Virus record (IMG/VR): IMGVR_UViG_3300028197_001952
Coordinates: 13,602-77,601 of that record
Source of the DNA: a virus
Length of the DNA: 64,000 nucleotides
Direction: 5' to 3' (one strand)
In this document: positions 1 to 10,443 of the stretch, piece by piece
How positions within the stretch are numbered: the first letter of the stretch is position 1
Layout of the letters: the number at the start of each line of letters is the position of its first letter
Notes under the pieces: generated by a model
What the model was told of the DNA's origin: nothing
Databases searched by the model: none
Seen by the model: only the letters and a program-made list of their open reading frames with translations
Program-made: the position numbers and the translations under genes

Positions 1-369
1 TTTTAATAATTTACCATATCCAAACGCAGGTATTGAGTATCCAGATAGTTTCAAATTATCATAACCCAATGAATTAAAATATTCTGTGTGTCTTGGTGTG
101 AATAATGTAGTCATAGATTCTACATCATGTTCCTTACATTTATCTATAAAGAATTTTTCATCTTCCCATGATAATTCAATACCCTTTAATCTTTGGTACT
201 CTTCCTTATATGGTCTAAACTCTTCATACTCTTCTCTCTTAGTAAACGTATCTGCTTTAATGGATTGTATTTTTAATATATCACTATCCACAGCTGCAAA
301 CTCTATCATAGATTCTAAAATAGCTCTATCACCATTGTGATTTTGACATAACTCTGAAATTATTTTCAT
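1..369 (-). CDS. neuB: NeuB-family nonulosonic acid synthase (3' end outside window)
   Basis: Not in ORF track. Manual translation from ATG at 369 gives MKIISELCQNHNGD...ILKIQSIKADT..., matching the NeuB N-terminal IxExxxNHNGD motif. Frame is open to the window edge. Confidence 0.85.
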   Translation of the reverse strand, partial: MKIISELCQNHNGDRAILESMIEFAAVDSDILKIQSIKADTFTKREEYEEFRPYKEEYQRLKGIELSWEDEKFFIDKCKEHDVESMTTLFTPRHTEYFNSLGYDNLKLSGYSIPAFGYGKLLK

Positions 370-371
370 AA

Positions 372-1196
372 CTAATTCATTTTTTCGATTACTCTATTAT
401 ATGCTTTTTCTTGAGATTCCAATGCAGTACCCCCAACATGTGGTGTTATTATAATTTTATTATTTTTTATTGATAATAAAATAGAATTTTTAACACTATG
501 TTCATTTTGGATAACATCAGTTGCATATCCTTTTATTTTATCTTCATCTATTAGAGTTAAAATATCCAATTCATTGATAATCTCTCCTCTACTTGTATTT
601 ACTATATATATTTCTTTTTGGAATTTTGATATATATTTTGAATCTATCATACCAATATTTTCATCACGCAAATCTACATTTATACTTAAGAAATCAGTTT
701 CATTAAAAAATTGACTATCTGTATAATTTATATCTGATGTGTATACATTTTTAAATATTGGTTTACAGATGTGTTCAATCATTTTTCCTAATCTACCATA
801 TCCAAGAATACCAAGAGTTTTTTCATGTAACTCTACAATATTTTTTGTATTTCTTGGTAGTGATAACATTAAATATAAATTGTGTTCGGCAGTTGACCAT
901 ATGTTTTCCAAAACCTTATCATTTTTAATTGAAATAACAGGTATTGATACATCTATATGATTTGTTCCAGTTGATGGGGATACTACCATAGATATTTTTG
1001 TATTTTTTATAAAATCATCTGTTATTTGAAACTTTTGGTAATTTGGTGCAGAAAACAAATAATCACTAGTTTGTATACTATACTTTTGTTCCAATTCTGT
1101 TAAGTCTGATAAATCTAAACACTTGTATTTAGATTCAACATTTTTTTTAAAATTTGGTAAGTGTTTGTATGGTGTTAAAAATGCAATTCGTTTCAT
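372..1196 (-). CDS. D-isomer-specific 2-hydroxyacid dehydrogenase (SerA-like)
   Basis: TLGILGYGRLG, IVNTSRGEII and ITPHVGG motifs. Start placed at 1196 because of the ATGA overlap with the upstream gene. Confidence 0.85.
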   Translation of the reverse strand: MKRIAFLTPYKHLPNFKKNVESKYKCLDLSDLTELEQKYSIQTSDYLFSAPNYQKFQITDDFIKNTKISMVVSPSTGTNHIDVSIPVISIKNDKVLENIWSTAEHNLYLMLSLPRNTKNIVELHEKTLGILGYGRLGKMIEHICKPIFKNVYTSDINYTDSQFFNETDFLSINVDLRDENIGMIDSKYISKFQKEIYIVNTSRGEIINELDILTLIDEDKIKGYATDVIQNEHSVKNSILLSIKNNKIIITPHVGGTALESQEKAYNRVIEKMN

Positions 1197-2605
1197 GGTG
1201 TGTAAAATGATTTTGGTAAAATCCATTCTTTATAGTTTTTACCAGTTTTCCAATATTCATGCTCACAATTTATTATTGCAATTTTATTATCATCACTTCG
1301 TGTCATAGATACTTCAGAATTTATACAAAATAAAAATTCATGTATATCTCTATCATTTATTCCAATTACATGCGTTTCCATATACATACAAATTCCACTA
1401 AAATTATTTTTTGTTACCAACTCTTTCCAACTATCAACGGAAGGTCTAATAAAACATTCATCAAGTGGTGAGTAGTGAGGTTGAAAGATAAAAGTTTTAG
1501 AATTAGAAAATACTTCTTTCAGTAATTTTTTATTTTCATATAAAAAATTGTAATATTTTTGTACTAATTTATATTCATCGGAATTCCATTGATCAGTTTG
1601 ATTAGAAATACCCAAATTATTTAAGTTCTGACCAGTGGAAATTATTTCATTATAACTATTATATAAATCTGATATATTTGATTTGTATTTTATGTGATTT
1701 GGATATCCTTTCTTGTGTTTATTATGGTTATAGTATAAATGTTGTTGGTTTATTTTATTTTTATTATCTAACAAGTGTACGTTACTCGTGTATATGTTAA
1801 ATCTGTTATTTGATAATAATTTATAAAAGGAATTTATAGATTTTAGTGATTTAGATTTATATGAATCAGATGAATGGTGGCTACGATATACTCCTCCCAA
1901 AAAAGATTTACCTTTAATACTAAAACACTTTAGTATAGTAATATCAAATTCTTTGTGTTTTTTAAATCCCCTATCATAGTCAATACCCTCAATACTTGGT
2001 GTTGAGAAAGTGGCTACTATATTATTTTTATCTACATTAGAATTTGGTCTATAAACTTTAAGTAACTGCTCAATTGTTTCAATTTTTGTAATATAGTTAC
2101 TGACATTCATTTTGACATTATGTTCCTTCTTTACATAAATTAATACGTTTTTTAAATTGGTTCGTGTAAAAACACTACCTTGTGCTCTTGTTTGACCTGG
2201 ATGAATTATAAATTCATAATTATCGATTGAATCATCATTAAGATTTATTATTGTATTGTAATGTGATTCATCATTTGGTTTAAAACTTACATGTAGTGGC
2301 AAATTTGTATCGAAATCACAATCAAGTAGTTCATTTACTATATTAATTCGTTGCCTTAATGTATATGGTGCATCACCACGTTCAAAATATTCATCTATAC
2401 GTTTGAATGCATTTGAGTAATCATCAAGTGATTTAAATAATCCTGTATTATCATACATCCAATTATTTCTTACATCGGTATTTGTTGAAGTTTGTGCTCC
2501 ACAATCTTTAGCTGCAACTGCCCATGGTAATGATGTAACATGATATATATCTTGTTTTGATAAAATTTCATTTATCATAGATTTATCATACTCTGATATA
2601 ATCAT
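1193..2605 (-). CDS. hypothetical protein (470 aa), possible ParB/Srx-like motif
   Basis: Long ORF inside the operon. IIHPGQTR loosely resembles the ParB-like GxxR motif. Confidence 0.5.
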   Translation of the reverse strand: MIISEYDKSMINEILSKQDIYHVTSLPWAVAAKDCGAQTSTNTDVRNNWMYDNTGLFKSLDDYSNAFKRIDEYFERGDAPYTLRQRINIVNELLDCDFDTNLPLHVSFKPNDESHYNTIINLNDDSIDNYEFIIHPGQTRAQGSVFTRTNLKNVLIYVKKEHNVKMNVSNYITKIETIEQLLKVYRPNSNVDKNNIVATFSTPSIEGIDYDRGFKKHKEFDITILKCFSIKGKSFLGGVYRSHHSSDSYKSKSLKSINSFYKLLSNNRFNIYTSNVHLLDNKNKINQQHLYYNHNKHKKGYPNHIKYKSNISDLYNSYNEIISTGQNLNNLGISNQTDQWNSDEYKLVQKYYNFLYENKKLLKEVFSNSKTFIFQPHYSPLDECFIRPSVDSWKELVTKNNFSGICMYMETHVIGINDRDIHEFLFCINSEVSMTRSDDNKIAIINCEHEYWKTGKNYKEWILPKSFYTP

Positions 2606-2614
2606 AATTTATAT

Positions 2615-3541
2615 TTAGTTACTAGTTTTTATATTTTCTAACATTGGTACAAGTTCTTTATATGAACAATTTTTACAATGAGATGTTGGATTGTTTGTAT
2701 TACATCCATTTTGTACATTTTGAAAATCTTCTGAACTTCGTATATCATCTAAACTTTCTTCAAATAGATTTCCGAATGGTTCAGCTGCGGTATTTAAACA
2801 ACACATCTTTACATTACCCTCTACGGTTGTATATAATCCTTCATTAACCCAATAACAATCTTCATAATCCCATTTAGATTTTCCTTTTACATTATCACCC
2901 CAAGATTTTAAATACTGTAGTTGTTCATTGGTATATCCACCTGGCATACTCTTATCTTCACTCCAATCTTGTGCAATATTTAAACGAAGTTCTTCTAAAC
3001 CATATCCATCTACGATTTCATCACTTACTCTCTGTATATCACTTACGTTTTGAGGATTGACAACATAATTACAAGTTACCCTACATCCTCTTCTATCCAT
3101 TTCTTTAAAATCACCTAGAAATGATAATAATCTACTCCACTTTGCAGGAGAACGATCTCTTTCGTAACTTTTATCATACCCATCAATTGAAAAGTACAAT
3201 AAATCAATATATTGTAATGCATCTTGAAAGCGGTCTCTCAATGGCCTTCCTTCACCAATATTATATTGACAATTGGTTGCAACTATTAAGAAAGCATCTG
3301 GAAAATATTCTTTAAATATTTTACATACTTCATTAAATTTTGGATGTAACATTGGCTCACCCATACCCATTAGTTTAGCTTCAGTTATTGGATGATGTTT
3401 TATACTTTCCATTAATGTTCTAAACTTTTCGATAGGCATATGTTTCAATGCACCGATTACTTCATCTCTATTACAAAATGAACAAGCAAGATTACAATAG
3501 TTTGTAGTTTCTAAGTAAACATATGTGATTGGTTTATTCAT
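2615..3541 (-). CDS. radical SAM / SPASM-domain protein
   Basis: CNLACSFC, GMGEPMLHP, and C-terminal Cys residues (C...GNVKMCC...CKNC). Confidence 0.9.
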   Translation of the reverse strand: MNKPITYVYLETTNYCNLACSFCNRDEVIGALKHMPIEKFRTLMESIKHHPITEAKLMGMGEPMLHPKFNEVCKIFKEYFPDAFLIVATNCQYNIGEGRPLRDRFQDALQYIDLLYFSIDGYDKSYERDRSPAKWSRLLSFLGDFKEMDRRGCRVTCNYVVNPQNVSDIQRVSDEIVDGYGLEELRLNIAQDWSEDKSMPGGYTNEQLQYLKSWGDNVKGKSKWDYEDCYWVNEGLYTTVEGNVKMCCLNTAAEPFGNLFEESLDDIRSSEDFQNVQNGCNTNNPTSHCKNCSYKELVPMLENIKTSN

Positions 3542-4196
3542 TATATATAAGTTTTGCTAATTTAAAATCCAATTCAGTATCTACATCAATCAGTTCATTT
3601 TCACTCCAATCTATTACAAGTGGAAATGGATTATCTTTTGTATTTGGAAACAATTCCCATTCAGATAACATATGACTTTTTTCATAAAATACTAAAGAGT
3701 GTGTGGCTGAATAAACCCAAGGTCCTGCAGTTGTAGATAATCTATCATTAGCTTTAAAATTTATTGGATTTTTTATTTTATCCCAAAAAAAGTTTCTTTC
3801 TTTCTGAACCGTTATTGCACTTTTGCAATCAGATTGTTTAAACCAATCTATTAATTTCTGCAACTCTTCTACTTTAACAAAAGGTTGACATGGATTATAA
3901 TTAATGATATAATCAGACTTCACTTTATTAAGATGATCATACATTATAGAATGGGGTGCATTTCCAGGTTTAACTGATTCATAACTTCTATGTAATATAT
4001 CAACACCATCTATGATGTGTTCTTTGAGTTCTTCATCATATGCTGCTAGATACTTTTCATCTACATTATTTAATTCAGATAAGTTTGATAATGCAATATC
4101 AATTAAAGTATTACCATCTCCCAAATTACGTAAATGTTTATTAGGACAACGAGTACTATCTTTTCTAGCGTGTATTATAATTGCTATTGTTTTCAT
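3534..4196 (-). CDS. neuA: acylneuraminate cytidylyltransferase (CMP-nonulosonate synthetase)
   Basis: IIHARKDSTRCPNKH and IDVDTELDF motifs; lies near neuB. Confidence 0.8.
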   Translation of the reverse strand: MKTIAIIIHARKDSTRCPNKHLRNLGDGNTLIDIALSNLSELNNVDEKYLAAYDEELKEHIIDGVDILHRSYESVKPGNAPHSIMYDHLNKVKSDYIINYNPCQPFVKVEELQKLIDWFKQSDCKSAITVQKERNFFWDKIKNPINFKANDRLSTTAGPWVYSATHSLVFYEKSHMLSEWELFPNTKDNPFPLVIDWSENELIDVDTELDFKLAKLIYNE

Positions 4197-5060
4197 TTAA
4201 TATGTTTCTATTAATTTATTATTAATATAAAATTGTAATTTTTTATTCTGTTTATCTATAATCATTTTTGCGTTACCTTCACCAAAATAATTACCCAATT
4301 TCATTTCCCATTGTTTGTTTGATAAATCATCAATAGTAATATAGTTACTGAATTTCTTATATGGGGATTGTACAAATATTGGAACTGCACTACCCAATGA
4401 TGATAAAAATAACATCCTATGAGTACCCCTATCTAACATAGAACTTGTACTATTATAACAAATTGGATATATTATTCCATTTTTTTTCATATTAACATAT
4501 TGCCTTTCATCCAAATCAATTCTCCATGCAAATTCTTCATACGTTCTAAAGAAGTTTGTTATTGAAATTTTAGTAGGATATTTTATATCAAAAAGTGCAG
4601 ATACTTCATCTATCGATTCTTTACTTAAATCTGTTTTATCAATCTCTTTTATAAATTCCCTATATATTTCTATATTTGGATTTGAATGTACGGCTTTCTG
4701 ATATTTATCAAAGAATATACTTGGAATTTCTAAATACATAAAAGAATCCCATGTTTTATTCAACCCAGTCATATCCATTGATACCACATCTGATTTAGTT
4801 ACAGTTTCCGTATTATCATCATTTCGTATCCAATGACATTTAGGAGGATATCCCCACCAAAATCCACCATCATCCTTTTTATCAATATCGGAATTAAATG
4901 GAACTGTATTAGTTCCATCATTTTCTTCTGATTCTAAATTATTTTGTATTCTAAGCTCTGTTTCATTATACAAATCAATAACCTTCTGATATGGTATAAT
5001 ATCAAATGGTTCAAGGTGTTCAAATACATCAAATAAATATTTTACTTTACTTTTCTTCAT
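4197..5060 (-). CDS. hypothetical protein with ParB/sulfiredoxin-like motif
   Basis: GIIYPI...LDRGTHRM resembles the ParB-N PI...DGxHR signature. Confidence 0.5.
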   Translation of the reverse strand: MKKSKVKYLFDVFEHLEPFDIIPYQKVIDLYNETELRIQNNLESEENDGTNTVPFNSDIDKKDDGGFWWGYPPKCHWIRNDDNTETVTKSDVVSMDMTGLNKTWDSFMYLEIPSIFFDKYQKAVHSNPNIEIYREFIKEIDKTDLSKESIDEVSALFDIKYPTKISITNFFRTYEEFAWRIDLDERQYVNMKKNGIIYPICYNSTSSMLDRGTHRMLFLSSLGSAVPIFVQSPYKKFSNYITIDDLSNKQWEMKLGNYFGEGNAKMIIDKQNKKLQFYINNKLIETY

Positions 5061-5847
5061 TTATATATCTATATAATTCGTTTGCAAATAATACATGCCC
5101 AGCTCTACTTGGATGTGCAGGTGTATTTTTATTTGATTTCCATTTATCTTTTTCAAATAATGATTTATCATTAAATTCATGTAAAAATGATGAAATATTT
5201 TTTAAATCAAATCCCCAATATTTAGTTTTATCTATTAAATCAATTTTATCATATTCTTTAGAATATACCATAGATTCAAATGCATCAACCATTATATAAT
5301 TTATATTATTATGTTCTAAATACTTTTGAAGTATCATTATAATATTTTGATTGTACATCGAATAATAATAATCATCATACATATCTGTTATGTAAAACTT
5401 TATATACCCATCCATGAAGGATTGTAGCTCAGTATTTTCTGGATGTTCTAATCCAGGTATTAAACTTTGTTTGATTTCGATTCTACTATCTGCGATACCG
5501 TTTATTCTATCTCTTTTCTTAAAATTAGAGGGAAAGAACGATGGAGTATCTCGTAACGAAGAAGTAAATGATATTAATACAAAATCATCAGAAGTTATTG
5601 ATTCGCTGAATACCTTATTAAGTATATCAATATTAGAACAACCATTTTCTCCTAAATTTAGATAATCACAATTAAACTTATCTGCTAGTAATTTTGTGAA
5701 AGAATTACTTCTTCTAAATTTATTACAAATCTTTCTAGCCTCTGTCTTATCATCTCCAACAGAATTATCAAATATTTGTTGTTCGTATTCTCTATCAGTT
5801 CCCAATCCTACTGTAAAACTATCTCCAAATGATACTATTCGTTTCAT
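5047..5847 (-). CDS. SGNH/GDSL hydrolase-fold protein
   Basis: FGDSFTVG, NLGENGCSN and a C-terminal HPSRAGH. Confidence 0.75.
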   Translation of the reverse strand: MKRIVSFGDSFTVGLGTDREYEQQIFDNSVGDDKTEARKICNKFRRSNSFTKLLADKFNCDYLNLGENGCSNIDILNKVFSESITSDDFVLISFTSSLRDTPSFFPSNFKKRDRINGIADSRIEIKQSLIPGLEHPENTELQSFMDGYIKFYITDMYDDYYYSMYNQNIIMILQKYLEHNNINYIMVDAFESMVYSKEYDKIDLIDKTKYWGFDLKNISSFLHEFNDKSLFEKDKWKSNKNTPAHPSRAGHVLFANELYRYINEEK

Positions 5848-6692
5848 ATTTCTAAATATTTTGCAAAATTATCAAAATCTAATAAATTATAATTAGACCA
5901 GTCAGCTGATTCGTATACTCCATCCAAGTCAGATAATTTAAACGCGTTCCAATCATCTACTAGTACTATAGGAAATAATTTAGCAAAATGCTCAGTAACT
6001 ACGTTTCTATGGCATATTGGAACTATTTTAAGATATAAACACTCCCACATCCTATGACAATCTATTCCGTTTCCTTCTGGACTTAAACAGAACTTATATC
6101 TAGCTAAATCTTTAACGTACTCTTTAAACTTTAACCGTTTACTTTCATTTAAATTTAATCTAACTCCGGCTGCATAACATAACGGTCTCCAGTATTTTCT
6201 CTGTCCTCCTATAATTTCAAAGTTAAAATACACCAATTCTGTTTTAGGTATATCGTTACTAATTACTGAATTAAAGTAATCCAAATCTCCCCACTCCCAT
6301 CTACTATTAGCTAATCCTATAGGAATAGGAATTAATCTCTCATGAGTAGTATTTACATTTTGACTATATATTTTTTTAATATTGGGTATATCAAAAAGGA
6401 TTTTATGAGCTTCATCAAAAGAATCATCAGACTGATGTAGTATTAAATCAAAAGGGTTTTTGAATTTTTTAAGTTTATCAATGAACTCACTTTCAAGCAA
6501 TTTAGGTTTAAATCTATTCAAAAGAGAACTATTTGCGTATACTAAAGAAGGGTTATTATAATTCTCAAAATCAAATTCATCGATATCCAACCATAAACTA
6601 TCTGCATTACTACTTTCGAAAGTTGTATGTTCTTTTTTACTAATCCCTACATGACAAATATCTTGCCATTTTTCTCCTGATATTATATTCAT
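5844..6692 (-). CDS. exostosin-like (GT47-related) glycosyltransferase
   Basis: YKFCLSPEGNGIDCHRMWECLYLKIVPI matches the exostosin FCLxPxG...R..E.L...VP pattern. Confidence 0.75.
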   Translation of the reverse strand: MNIISGEKWQDICHVGISKKEHTTFESSNADSLWLDIDEFDFENYNNPSLVYANSSLLNRFKPKLLESEFIDKLKKFKNPFDLILHQSDDSFDEAHKILFDIPNIKKIYSQNVNTTHERLIPIPIGLANSRWEWGDLDYFNSVISNDIPKTELVYFNFEIIGGQRKYWRPLCYAAGVRLNLNESKRLKFKEYVKDLARYKFCLSPEGNGIDCHRMWECLYLKIVPICHRNVVTEHFAKLFPIVLVDDWNAFKLSDLDGVYESADWSNYNLLDFDNFAKYLEI

Positions 6693-7462
6693 TTTTGAAT
6701 TCTTTTATTTTCATCTATAATAAACTTAAAAATATTTAGATTCAGTTTTTCTTTTTCTACAAATGATGATAGGGCAGATACATCTTTTGGTAAACACGAA
6801 CCACCAAATCCCTTAAACTCTTTACTATAACCCAAATATTCATCTTCACCTACGTTTTCTAATAAAAATGCATTTAGTACTTGATTATAATCTACACCTA
6901 AATGGTTACTAAGTTCTCCATATGTAGTTGAAAAGATAGTTCTTAAAGCTTTATAAGAATTAGAATAATATTTAGCGAGTTCTGATTCTGATGGTTTTAC
7001 TTGTGTAACTGTTTTAGGATAATGTCCATGAGAATTAACTACATCTAAATATGCTGATTTATGAGTAGTTCCTACGATAAGTACATTGTGGTTTTTTGTA
7101 AAATCTTCATATCCACATCGTTCTCTTAAAAATTCAGGTACATGTGCTAGCTTTAAATCTTTATACTCTTCTTGTAGTTTTGTAGTAGTACCTGGTTGTG
7201 TTGTGGATTTAATGGCTACTGTTCCTTTATATTCATACTCTGATAATTTCCTTATTAGTTGTTCTACTATTGAAACATCACACGAACCATCTTTATTTTG
7301 TTTTGTAGGAACACATATATAAATTATATCACTATTTAGAGTACCCTCTAATGAAGATTCAGGTATTTTAATATCATAAACATATACCGAATGGTTTAGT
7401 TCCTTAAATGCTTTTGTAATTGCAGTACCAACCATTCCATAACCTATAACCCCTACATTCAT
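6689..7462 (-). CDS. ugd: UDP-glucose/GDP-mannose dehydrogenase family protein (short form)
   Basis: GYGMVG, ICVPT, IKST, PEFLRE and GFGGSCLPKD motifs. Confidence 0.85.
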   Translation of the reverse strand: MNVGVIGYGMVGTAITKAFKELNHSVYVYDIKIPESSLEGTLNSDIIYICVPTKQNKDGSCDVSIVEQLIRKLSEYEYKGTVAIKSTTQPGTTTKLQEEYKDLKLAHVPEFLRERCGYEDFTKNHNVLIVGTTHKSAYLDVVNSHGHYPKTVTQVKPSESELAKYYSNSYKALRTIFSTTYGELSNHLGVDYNQVLNAFLLENVGEDEYLGYSKEFKGFGGSCLPKDVSALSSFVEKEKLNLNIFKFIIDENKRIQK

Positions 7463-8409
7463 ATAACCTTTTTTAAGTAATCAGATATTTTTTCATACGC
7501 ATTAAATTCGTATGTTTTTCTTTTATATAAATATATATCTAAGATATTTTGGATATTTTTTAATGAGAGTTCATCACTAATATTATGAGAAATACCAAGT
7601 CCCATTTTTTCTATTAATTTTGCAGTTTCTATTATTTCAGATGAATCTGTTTTATCATAAACACAGATTGGAAATGTACCGTTTTCTATACAATGAGTTA
7701 ACATTCCTATTCCAGGTCTGATTATGAATATAGAATCGTTATCACTATCACGTAAGTCATTGGAAATCAGATACTTATCTTTATATTTGTTAGAAATTTT
7801 GTTAAAAAAGTTTGTATAATTATCTAAGTACGATAAACTTGGCTTTACAATTACAATTTTTTTAAAATTTTTAGTTTCTTTTACTATCTTATATTCACAC
7901 CCCCACCCAAATTGTATTTTATTTGAATGTGTTTGTAATGTGCCAGTTTCTACATACTTGTTGGTAATTATTCTTGGTGTGGTTTCTTGAATTAAATTAG
8001 AATCAAATGTACTTAGTTCATTTATACCGAATTTATTTAAATACACATCATGCCATAAAAAAGAGCCCATTAAAATTATATCTTTTCTATGAAGTAAAAG
8101 TCCTGCTACATTATCACTCACAACAATATCATAATCAAACAAATGAGTTTTGTTTTCATTTATCCAATCCATGTATTGTTTAAAATAAATTTTATTATTT
8201 TCAAGTACTTTATCCCATCTTATATTTTCAATATTATAAAATTTAAAACTTATAGAAAGTTCAGATATTTCTTTATTAAATTTATCGTATTGGTATTTTT
8301 CACAGAATATAGTTACATGAAAGTCTTCTAATAAATTCTTAGAAACTTCTATAACTCTTTTTAAGTGACCATATCCATTTGAACATGTAAAAAATGCTAT
8401 TGTTTTCAT
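7459..8409 (-). CDS. GT-B glycosyltransferase / PseG-like protein
   Basis: N-terminal CSNGYGHLKR (GxGHxxR) and RPGIGML. Confidence 0.6.
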   Translation of the reverse strand: MKTIAFFTCSNGYGHLKRVIEVSKNLLEDFHVTIFCEKYQYDKFNKEISELSISFKFYNIENIRWDKVLENNKIYFKQYMDWINENKTHLFDYDIVVSDNVAGLLLHRKDIILMGSFLWHDVYLNKFGINELSTFDSNLIQETTPRIITNKYVETGTLQTHSNKIQFGWGCEYKIVKETKNFKKIVIVKPSLSYLDNYTNFFNKISNKYKDKYLISNDLRDSDNDSIFIIRPGIGMLTHCIENGTFPICVYDKTDSSEIIETAKLIEKMGLGISHNISDELSLKNIQNILDIYLYKRKTYEFNAYEKISDYLKKVI

Positions 8410-9185
8410 TATAGTTTATCAATATTCCAAACCTTCATCATTTCGCCAACAATTGGCTCATAATAGTCAACATAGTTTTTAGAATGATATCTAGTCTTTA
8501 CTATTGTTTTGATAAGTTTATCAATCAAATTAGAATCAGATGAGTCTTTAAAATATTTATCTTTAAACTGAATCATTTTTTCTTTAGATTCAAATTCTTC
8601 ATAATAAACATGTGTTAGTTGATATTCCTTTTGTATAGAGTGTATCATCTGTATTTCGTATGTAAAGATACGTAATATGGTGTTCATCCATTCGATTGAA
8701 GGAGATACTGCTATTGGTAAATGTGTTCCTAAATATATATGTTCTGCCTCTATCTTGTTCAACATCTTATCATGGAATATTTTCATGTTTTCAGGCGTTT
8801 GTGATTCTACATCTACAAACAATCCCTCGTTTATTAAATGTTGCCACAATGGAAGTGATAATAAAACATTTTCTTTATTTTTACGTTCTAACATTATGAT
8901 ATTGTACTCTTCTTTTAATTTTTCAAACCGATTGGTAGAATATAAAAATGATATAACAACAGGATTGTTTAATAGAATGATATCATAAATTCCATCTTCA
9001 TGTAGCATCTGTGATTCAAATTGTTCTATTAAATTATTTTGTGTTTCATCAAAATTAATTTCTCCAATATAGTTATGTGGAAATTCATCACCAATTACAT
9101 TTAATATAATGCTTTTTAATTGTGTACCACCTGATCTATAATGTGATAGTATTATAGTTCCTTTTTTGTTTTTATCTATTATCAT
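8409..9185 (-). CDS. sulfotransferase-like protein (Stf0-like)
   Basis: ILSHYRSGGTQL resembles the 5'PSB loop, LERKNKENVLLS the 3'PB motif; also VYYEEF. Confidence 0.6.
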   Translation of the reverse strand: MIIDKNKKGTIILSHYRSGGTQLKSIILNVIGDEFPHNYIGEINFDETQNNLIEQFESQMLHEDGIYDIILLNNPVVISFLYSTNRFEKLKEEYNIIMLERKNKENVLLSLPLWQHLINEGLFVDVESQTPENMKIFHDKMLNKIEAEHIYLGTHLPIAVSPSIEWMNTILRIFTYEIQMIHSIQKEYQLTHVYYEEFESKEKMIQFKDKYFKDSSDSNLIDKLIKTIVKTRYHSKNYVDYYEPIVGEMMKVWNIDKL

Positions 9186-9188
9186 AAT

Positions 9189-10019
9189 TTAAATTAGTTT
9201 TGGTTCATACCATTCTCTAAAATATTTATTCATAGCTCTATGCCCCTTTGGGGTTAGCAAATCTAAATCAGTAGGACAGCCATCTTTTATTAGTGTTTCA
9301 AGAAAGTCAGTTCCAACAATGGGAGTTATACCATAAAGATTACAATATTCACCTATCAAAACACCTGGTCCCATTATTTGGTAATTTTTGTAATTTGGTA
9401 TTTTTTTATTTATTTTTTGTTGTCTATAAAAATATATGTTTATCATTAAATCCATAGTATATGAGTTTGATAAAAATACACAATCGTTTATATTAAACAT
9501 ACCAAATTCATGAGGCATACTACTACCATGTGTTGTAAATAATTTATTATTTGAATATGTTTCTTTAAAATAATCAAGCTTTTCTAAATTATTTTTTTCT
9601 TCTTCTAGTGTAGGCCATGATGGTCCAAAGTGGGGATTAAAAATAACATCAGGTCTAGATTTAACAACTATATCATATTCAAAATTATTTTCTAGTTCAT
9701 ATTCACGTTTTAATAATATAGATTGTGAAAATCCATAAAACAAAGAACTCCAATGGTCGTTATCATAAAAAAAATATTGTTTTTTAGAATCGAATATTGA
9801 TTTTTTAGGTTTGTAAGTTTGAATAAATCTATCATATTCTTCTTTATCTATATCTCTATTTACATAATCAGCGCTGATATGTGTTCTATCACCGCTATAA
9901 TTCCACGTGTGAGTGAAGTAATCTACTTGATGTCCACCATACAACCAATGGTTTATTTGATTGGAGTAGGCGAGTTCCCAGTTACGTAACTGGCCACTTA
10001 AACAAACTGCTATTCTCAT
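9189..10019 (-). CDS. putative glycosyltransferase-like protein ('IAxxLSGQLR' family)
   Basis: MRIAVCLSGQLR, YDIVVKSRPD and INDCVF; paralog of 10424-11308. Confidence 0.55.
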   Translation of the reverse strand: MRIAVCLSGQLRNWELAYSNQINHWLYGGHQVDYFTHTWNYSGDRTHISADYVNRDIDKEEYDRFIQTYKPKKSIFDSKKQYFFYDNDHWSSLFYGFSQSILLKREYELENNFEYDIVVKSRPDVIFNPHFGPSWPTLEEEKNNLEKLDYFKETYSNNKLFTTHGSSMPHEFGMFNINDCVFLSNSYTMDLMINIYFYRQQKINKKIPNYKNYQIMGPGVLIGEYCNLYGITPIVGTDFLETLIKDGCPTDLDLLTPKGHRAMNKYFREWYEPKLI

Positions 10020-10443
10020 TGTTAAAAGTTTTTAATTCAATTCTATGACCGATACAATCCCCATAGATGTTATTATTAGTTCTACTAGCATTTGCAACAA
10101 TCGCAAATACAAATGAATTACAATACATAATATCTTCATTAAGATAACATTTATTATTGTGACCACTGTGGTTTATTTCTTGAGTAAATAGTACATTGTA
10201 GGTTACATCAATATTATTAAAATATTTTGTGAATATCAACTCTTTTAAATTTTTAAACAATGGTATATTGTTTAATATTAAATGACCATTGTAGAATTCA
10301 TCATTATCTAATTCATATCTCTTAATTTTAGTATAACATTCTTCTATAGTACCAACATATAAATCAACATGTGGTGGAAATGAGTAATCTAGTTCCTCTG
10401 AAACTATTAATGTTATCTTTTGATTATAAAAATTGTTGTTCAT
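9982..10443 (-). CDS. hypothetical protein
   Basis: 153-aa ORF overlapping both neighbours. Confidence 0.45.
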   Translation of the reverse strand: MNNNFYNQKITLIVSEELDYSFPPHVDLYVGTIEECYTKIKRYELDNDEFYNGHLILNNIPLFKNLKELIFTKYFNNIDVTYNVLFTQEINHSGHNNKCYLNEDIMYCNSFVFAIVANASRTNNNIYGDCIGHRIELKTFNNENSSLFKWPVT

